Of a stretch of DNA of 64,000 bases, positions 25,764-64,000 are shown piece after piece. Location: positions 11,222,001 through 11,286,000 of the forward strand of contig CM120640.1 in NCBI GenBank assembly GCA_051362555.1. The letters are read 5' to 3'. The position numbers and the translations under genes are program-made. Positions within the stretch are counted from its first letter, which is position 1, and every line of letters begins with the position of its first letter. This stretch comes from Lingula anatina (lineage: Eukaryota > Animalia > Brachiopoda). Under the pieces are notes generated by a model. That model saw only the letters and a program-made list of their open reading frames with translations. It did no database searches and was not told where the DNA came from.

Positions 25764-28700
25764 TATAGGTATGTCTAAGGTATGTCTATATATCATAAGT
25801 ATCTAATTGTAATGTATTAGATTGAATACTTCTGTGTGATCTTTTCTATTGATTTCTTTTAAATGGGATTTATGAATGCTTTTTAGAGCTAACAGAGACA
25901 AGGAAAGTCTAGAAAGTAGGTTGAAGGCAACCGGGAAGTCCACTGTGGTGCCTACAGGACGCAGCACACATAACTTGGAGGAGCTGAGAAGGAAAAACTA
26001 TGAATTGGAAGAACAGGTATACCTTTACTGGATAAATCATTGTTTTATTCAATATTTAAAGTGAAGCTGAGGTAGGTTGTTCTCCATGTGGATTCTGTAA
26101 GATACACTTAGCATCATTAAAAATGCATAGGTCAGAAAATTAATTTATTAATCTTACAACTACACAGTTTGTTGTCAGTTTTTTTTTTTTTTTTTTTGTA
26201 CTTATGACAGTATTAAATAATATGTGACTAATTATGATCAGTGTAAACAATTTTGAACCATAGAAGTCATTATGTATGAAAATATATATGTGAAGAACAT
26301 CTACTTAATTATCTGAATTTTATGATTTCAGTGAAACTAATTAAATATGGCAAAAGTTCTCTAGCAGCATTAGGTGAAGTCTTAGCCTTGAAAAATTTTA
26401 AGCTATTAAAATACATATTATTTGGTTTAAATTGTCAGGTTGCAGACCTCAAGAGGCAAATCACCCAGGGTCGTGATGCAGCATTTGAAGAGGTCCAGCT
26501 AAGAAATAAGTTTTTAACAGAGAAATTGGAGGAGCTGGAGAGACAGCTGGCCAGAAGGACACTCACAGGGCAGGTGAGATACGATGGTCATTCCATGGCA
26601 TTAACATTTGTTATTAATGACTGCTGTTTAATTCTGCTTTAGTGCCCTGAAGTGCCCAAGGGGCAAAACGTTTTTAACACAGACTGGTCATCTGGATATA
26701 ACTCTCTAATTGCCTTTTATATAAGTTCATTGTGTACAATAGTTTATTCAAGTTTTCACTGTTAATAATGATCCAGTATGTCTTTTAAGTATGTCTTAAT
26801 GAGTACCCTTATTGTGAGAGTGTAGTGAGTTTAATTACAGCAGTGAATTTAAAGCATCCATTTTACTTTTCAAGGCTCCAGGTCCTGAGAGCCAAGCCTA
26901 TCAACAGCTGTATGACAAAGAGCAAAGCCTGCAAAAGCAAGTAATCAGACTCTCAGAAGAAAACATTGAACTCAGATTTGAAGCAGAGCAAGCTGCAAAA
27001 GACATTCCAAGACTAAAGGTACATGGCACATGAAAAAAAAGAAAAAATTATTGTATTATTGTTGTATACTGTAGTAAAAAGGTGCCGTTTCCCTTTGTTG
27101 CATTTGAATATTTCAAAACATGACTTAGTAAAGTTTGCTGATCAACCAAGTTGGACCCATGTTTGACTGAAATGATGGACTTATTGGGATAGTTTAAGGA
27201 ACAAGCTATAGGTCTTTTGGTAAAGTCCAGTGTATAGAAATTTTGATATTTTGCGTGAAAATTATGAAATAATGTGTCTTCCATTTTGTTTAGGAAAGAA
27301 TAGAAGACCTGCAGCGTTATGTGGAGGTGCTGAAGTCTGAGAACCTGAATACCAGTGCCAGGTCCTCTGGAGGAAATATTAAGAAGGTTAACATATTTCT
27401 TACATTTTCTATCTAAAAGTTCAAACATTGTTTGTTGATGTTGTATGTTTATGGTGGATGATGACAGTGGATGAGACACAATAAAGATGTGATTAAAAGA
27501 AATTTTAAGAGTAATCTTAAGAGAAATATGAAAAGAAAGTGAAATTTACCCTGCAATATTTTCCAGATTGGGGAGAGTGGTAAGAGCACAAGAGAGCTGG
27601 AGAAGACTATAGCTTTGCTGAAGAAGGTTGTAGAACGTGTCCAGGCAGAGAATGAAACCTTGAAAAAGGCACCAGGGATTGTGTCCAATGAAGAACTTCA
27701 GATGTTAGCCAGGGAAAATGAAGGGTTAAAGGTAGACTATTGCATGGTTTGCTTTCCTGTCCTAAGAAACAGTATGTATTGTCAAAGAAAAACATTGTTA
27801 ACCATAGTTGACAGATGTTACCAAAAACATCTTATAAAGCTAAGACCAATTGGTTTGATGGCACTAGTATAAAGTAAGCAGAAAAATCGATGATAATTGA
27901 GTCTATACATAAGATGTTTTTATCTGTATTTCAGGATCAACTGGAGGAACTCCGTCAGAAAATGGGGGCCACTCTGACTGAGCGCTACTCCAGTGCTCAA
28001 AAGGGAACTGCTAAGATAATGACAGATTACGAAAGACTGAGAAAAGATTTAAAGAAAGTAAGGGGAAAATGCTTGATTATTATTCAAGATTCTCTCATTT
28101 GTTTTTTAAATTATTTTATTTTGGTGTGGGTTCCAACTAGAGTTTGTAGTAAAAACAGTTTGAACCATTTGTTTGAAAAGAAGTTTAAAGAGTAGACAAA
28201 ATAATAAAGGTGGCTATCTTCTTAGGAAACACACCTGATGATTACACTTATTATTTCAAAAAATTCTAGGAAACTGACTTGAATGAAAAACTCAGAATAC
28301 AGAATAATCAGCTTGAAACGGAGAACAAGCACTTAGAGAAGGAGCTTGAAGAGACAAAGGAAAAGTTAAAGATAGAGCAGGCCAAGCACCCCAGTCTAAG
28401 CAGTCTGGATAGTAAGGGCTGGAAGTCTGTAGTGGTCACCAGAATGTATGAAGATAAACTCAAGGGTCTGGAGGGAGAGATGGAGAGAAAGGTAGGCTTA
28501 TTAATGTGTGAAGATAAACTCTAAGGCTTGGAGGGACAGATAGAGAGAAAGGCAAGCTTTTAGTTATTAATAAGTGCTTGCTATTATAGATGGCATCATG
28601 GAGATGTAGTATTAATGATTAGCTGTTAAAATAATATTATATTATTATATATTGTATTATATTTATATTATAGAACCAGCAGTTGAATGACTTGAAACAA

Positions 28701-30744
28701 TTGCTGAAAGATGCTGCAGAGAGAGAACAGGGTTGGTTGAAAGAGAAAGAAGACATGGAAGAAAAAGTAGGGCATTTGTGATATTGACAGTTTGGAGGAT
28801 TTTATTCTTACTCAATCATGTCCCTGTTTCTTACTGTTTAAATAATGTATGAACTATGAACTATGAAGTCATGACTAGAAGGTTGCCCTTAATTATGAGC
28901 ATTAATCTAAGGAGTTTTGTTGTAACTACTCCATCAGACTGTAATGAGAATTTTAACTGAAAGCTAATCTGACATGTATAAGAAGGACCTGGGCCCTGTA
29001 ACTCGAAAGTATCGCATATTGCGAATAGCGATATCACATAGAGGCTACAGTGTATTATATGGGGTGAGTATGAGCGAGTTATGGAATCAAGATGCTTGTG
29101 CTCGGTCACAATGTGCGATGCTTTCGAGTTACGGGGCCCTGTTTGAAAACATGGAATGAGTTAGAAATTGAAATCCTGTTTACTTCCAGATTGAAGTTTT
29201 GGAAACGTTTCCTATGGAGGATAGTTCTACCAATCCAGACACTATGAGAGCATACCAGCAAGCAAGGTGTGTAGATTATCAGTAGTACATTATCACCATT
29301 AACCATTAAATATTTGTATTCTTTTAATAAAGTTAAATCAGCAGTTGAAAAGGGGACACAAAACAGAATTATTGTCTTGTTTTACAAGATATATTATACT
29401 CAATGTAATTGGAAAAGTGCAGTTTTGAGTTTCGGTAGGTTATGTCAGGGATGAGACTCTGCCATTTAGTGAAAAAAGACAAAGTATGGCTTAAGGTCAA
29501 GGGGGCCACCTAGGCCAATGATATTTTTGACTCCCAAAAGGTCAGAAATCCACCCGTAGTCTGAAAAATCTCATCCTTTTTTCCAAGTCCAACTTTTGGT
29601 CAAAGTTTGTTTGCAAGCATCAGGGCTTTCATGCTCCTCAGGCAGAAATGTAATGCTAAATAAATAAAATCTACTTTTATCTTCTAAACAACAAACTACC
29701 TCTTTATTCCTAACAAGTAAGAGAAACATTATAAATCCAGCTGAATGAGGATTTAATTTGAGGCACATACTTAACTGTTCTGTCAGGTTAACCATTGATC
29801 GCCTGGAGAAGGAGAAGGCTGAGCTGCTTCATGAACTGAGGTTGTTTGGTCAACAGCCAGGAGCTGGGAAAGTGGCCAGTGGAGCTGCAGAGAAGGTGAG
29901 AGGGATTTTTTTTTTCACCACAAATATTCCATGAGCGACATTCATTTTGTAATACAAGTGGCGCAGTCCTAACAATAGTGTGACATTTATCTTATAATAT
30001 GTTTAATAATCCTAATAATAGTGTGAAGTCTAGCACACATTTTGACTGCTAAGTTAAAATTTCAGAGGGATTCTAGTTTTTAAAATCCAAGCAGATTATA
30101 TACTTGGACATTAAGGGGTTCTTAAAATTGCTTGGCTGAATGATGAATTAAAATAAAAAAGTCTTCATCAAGGCAAGTAGGTTTTTGAAATGATCATTTA
30201 TTATTTCATCAAGGCCACTGAAGACATGATCTATAAAGTGCGAGCTTATGAGAAGGTGATGAGGGAAAATGTTGAAATCAGAACGGATCTCAAGTCAGTT
30301 ATGTTAGACAGAGACAAATTTGCTATGGAGGTAGACAAGGTAGGTATGGGTGTATGCTGTGCTTATAATTTGAAAGACGGGGTAATAAAACTTGAAAAAC
30401 AATCTGTATCAAAATAATGAAATAAATGACAAGAATTTCTGGAATTGTTTTTTTATGATATAGACAGAGGTATCTGAATCTTTTAAGAAAAATGATAAAG
30501 TACTTAATGTATTCACTATGAGAACTAGTGAAGTAAATGATTGACCCATTCTTGGTTCATTTCAATTTCTATTCAGTTGAAGAAAGAGCTTGCTAACTTT
30601 GGACCAGAATTCTTTGAAGAAATAGAAGACCTGAAGTATAACTACAGAGAAGCCGTCCAGAAAAATGTGCAATATGAAGAACAATTGTCAAACATTTCCA
30701 AGCAGTTTGGAGTGGCAGTGAATATTCCTGGTGCAGGGACGTGA
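9139..30744 (+). CDS. CEP290: Centrosomal protein of 290 kDa (ciliary transition-zone coiled-coil protein), complete, about 57 coding exons
   Basis: Starts MAPLDWDRLMAINPEDMED (compare human MPPNINWKEIMKVDPDDL). Characteristic exons: 'DDEIMVAVNNKVQEWK', 'SLEEERIELKKQVRKLAQ', 'SLHLKAQVDNLQGRNDELRRELR', 'KKITTLEMKELNERQRAEHA', 'PDPSLPVANQLE', 'RAPTTAMKNLVERLKNQL', 'RWEESKKWQK', 'WKSVVVTRMYEDKLK', 'LANFGPEFFEEIEDLKYNY'. Stop TGA at 30742-30744. GT-AG introns. Confidence 0.95.
15920..16088. mobile_element. Degenerate Tc1/mariner (pogo-like) MITE in a CEP290 intron
   Basis: Imperfect 16-bp TIRs CAGTAGACACCACATA ... TATGTGGAGTCTGCTG. Right flank is TA; left flank is TG. Confidence 0.4.
24717..24782. 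repeat. Minisatellite, 3 x 22 bp (TAAAGAGTGTGTGTAGGTTTAT)
   Basis: Three exact tandem copies in a CEP290 intron. Confidence 0.9.
25673..25761. repeat. (AT)n microsatellite
   Basis: About 89 bp of pure AT just downstream of a CEP290 donor site. Confidence 0.97.
28992..29138. mobile_element. PIF/Harbinger-like MITE (147 bp)
   Basis: About 30-bp TIRs GGCCCTGTAACTCGAAAGTATCGCATATTG ... CAATGTGCGATGCTTTCGAGTTACGGGGCC, with a 3-bp CTG duplication on both sides. Confidence 0.75.
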
Positions 30745-32084
30745 TGAAATAAGTTCCAAAAAAATGAGATTATTCCAGTCTGCAGTAGTTCTAGATACTT
30801 AACAGAGGGATTTCAAGAATACATATAAACTAGCACCTTTTGTCGTGCCTTCTTAAAACTCTATAGTGTATTTAAACTCAACCAGATAAATAACATGCTA
30901 TACATCTATTGTCTTAGAGATGGAGAATCAATGTCAACTGAAGACTTCAAGACTTAGATATTAAAGTAAATGATAGCCCTTGGCAGTGACTCACACCATA
31001 GCAATGGAAAAGTAAGGCATTATAGACATTACACAAAAGTGGAAGACGCAAATTGTGACCTGTTTGTGGATTAAAAAATTGATATATTTTATTAATCATT
31101 TTATTTATTTTGAATAACATGAAATGCTATTGAATTTTAAACTTGTTGTTCAGTTTAAGAGCAGTCACATGGATGAAGCACAACAGATAGAACTCCTCAC
31201 ATTTTTCATCATTGATTTAATACATAAAATTACAGCAATTCTCAAAAATCCACCTTTAATTTTTTTTTCAGCAGCACATTTATGGAAAAAAATTATGACA
31301 ATGTGCAATTTACATATGAAACAAGTTAAGTAAGTAATTAAACCATAAAAGCAATATTAAAAACCATTAGTTTTTCATTTTATTATAAGGATTTCAGGGT
31401 TTCCCTGATTGTATGATGTAACATGCATTCATATTGGCTTCCTTTGGAATGTAGCAAACTCTGCCAACTGGTGTATTTTAACATTAAGACGTGTAATTTG
31501 CTTAACAAGCCACATGCAGAACACAATTTTAATTGTACATGTCATATTAAAAGAATCCTGAACTTGTATCAAAAAATTAATATCCTTAAGCCTGAAATTA
31601 CCAGGACTTTTAATAATGATAATAATAAAATAATATTAAATGCATTCTACAGCAAGAAGCTGTAATCCTGAGATGATTGTTAAAAAATAGAAATCAATAA
31701 GATTTCCTCTACTTGCTTACTCTACAAACATATATACATTAAATGTATGGTTAGAAAATCTTGATATATATATGCATACATTCTTAAATATGACAATGAT
31801 TAATAACAGTCAATACTTTAAAGGAGATTGTCTTGCACTTACCAAAGTTTATAAAAAAAATGATTAAAATTTGGGTACACAAAACATAGTTTCAAATATG
31901 TTTAGGAAAATTATTTCAAGCTTACCAAAATAATGCACGAACTAAGAAGTGCAGTGTAACAAATAAATTACTTCATACAATGCTACAAAATATAATACAA
32001 TACACTGCATTGTATTTACTCCATGTAAAATCTACCTAAAAACTAACTACTAAATATTCTTGTAAAACAATTTGGTTACTGAGG

Positions 32085-63970
<31,886 letters not shown>

Positions 63971-64000
63971 CTGGAAGAATTGTGTTACATGTGTCCAGTA

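Overview
AT-rich, intron-dense animal genomic DNA, probably a lophotrochozoan such as a mollusc or brachiopod; the taxon is inferred, not proven. It holds four tightly packed genes. (1) The 3' end of an LRRK1/Lrrk-type kinase (+, to 4621). (2) An intronless stand-alone SCP2 gene ending in the peroxisomal signal AKL (-, 7460-7894). (3) A complete CEP290 gene head-to-head with SCP2 (+, 9139-30744, about 57 coding exons counted by eye). (4) A very large secreted-type protein gene (-, from beyond 64000 to a stop at 32085). Its C-terminal part is Kielin/chordin-like: about 33 VWC repeats, a VWD domain with GDPH, then C8 and TIL. This part splices in frame to two tandem supermodules, each EGF - Kunitz - GACC Cys domain - short Cys module - tyrosinase-like domain - G[YF][DN]xx pentapeptide repeats - Cys-rich cap. 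Both tyrosinase-like domains have lost copper-binding histidines and look like pseudoenzymes. This fusion is the most notable signal in the window. Introns carry two copies of a Helentron/HINE-type element with an internal 146-bp satellite bearing perfect DR1 motifs, one copy with a nested foldback MITE. There are also Harbinger-like, Kolobok-like and Tc1/pogo-like MITEs and microsatellites. All exon and domain calls were read by hand, with no database searches.
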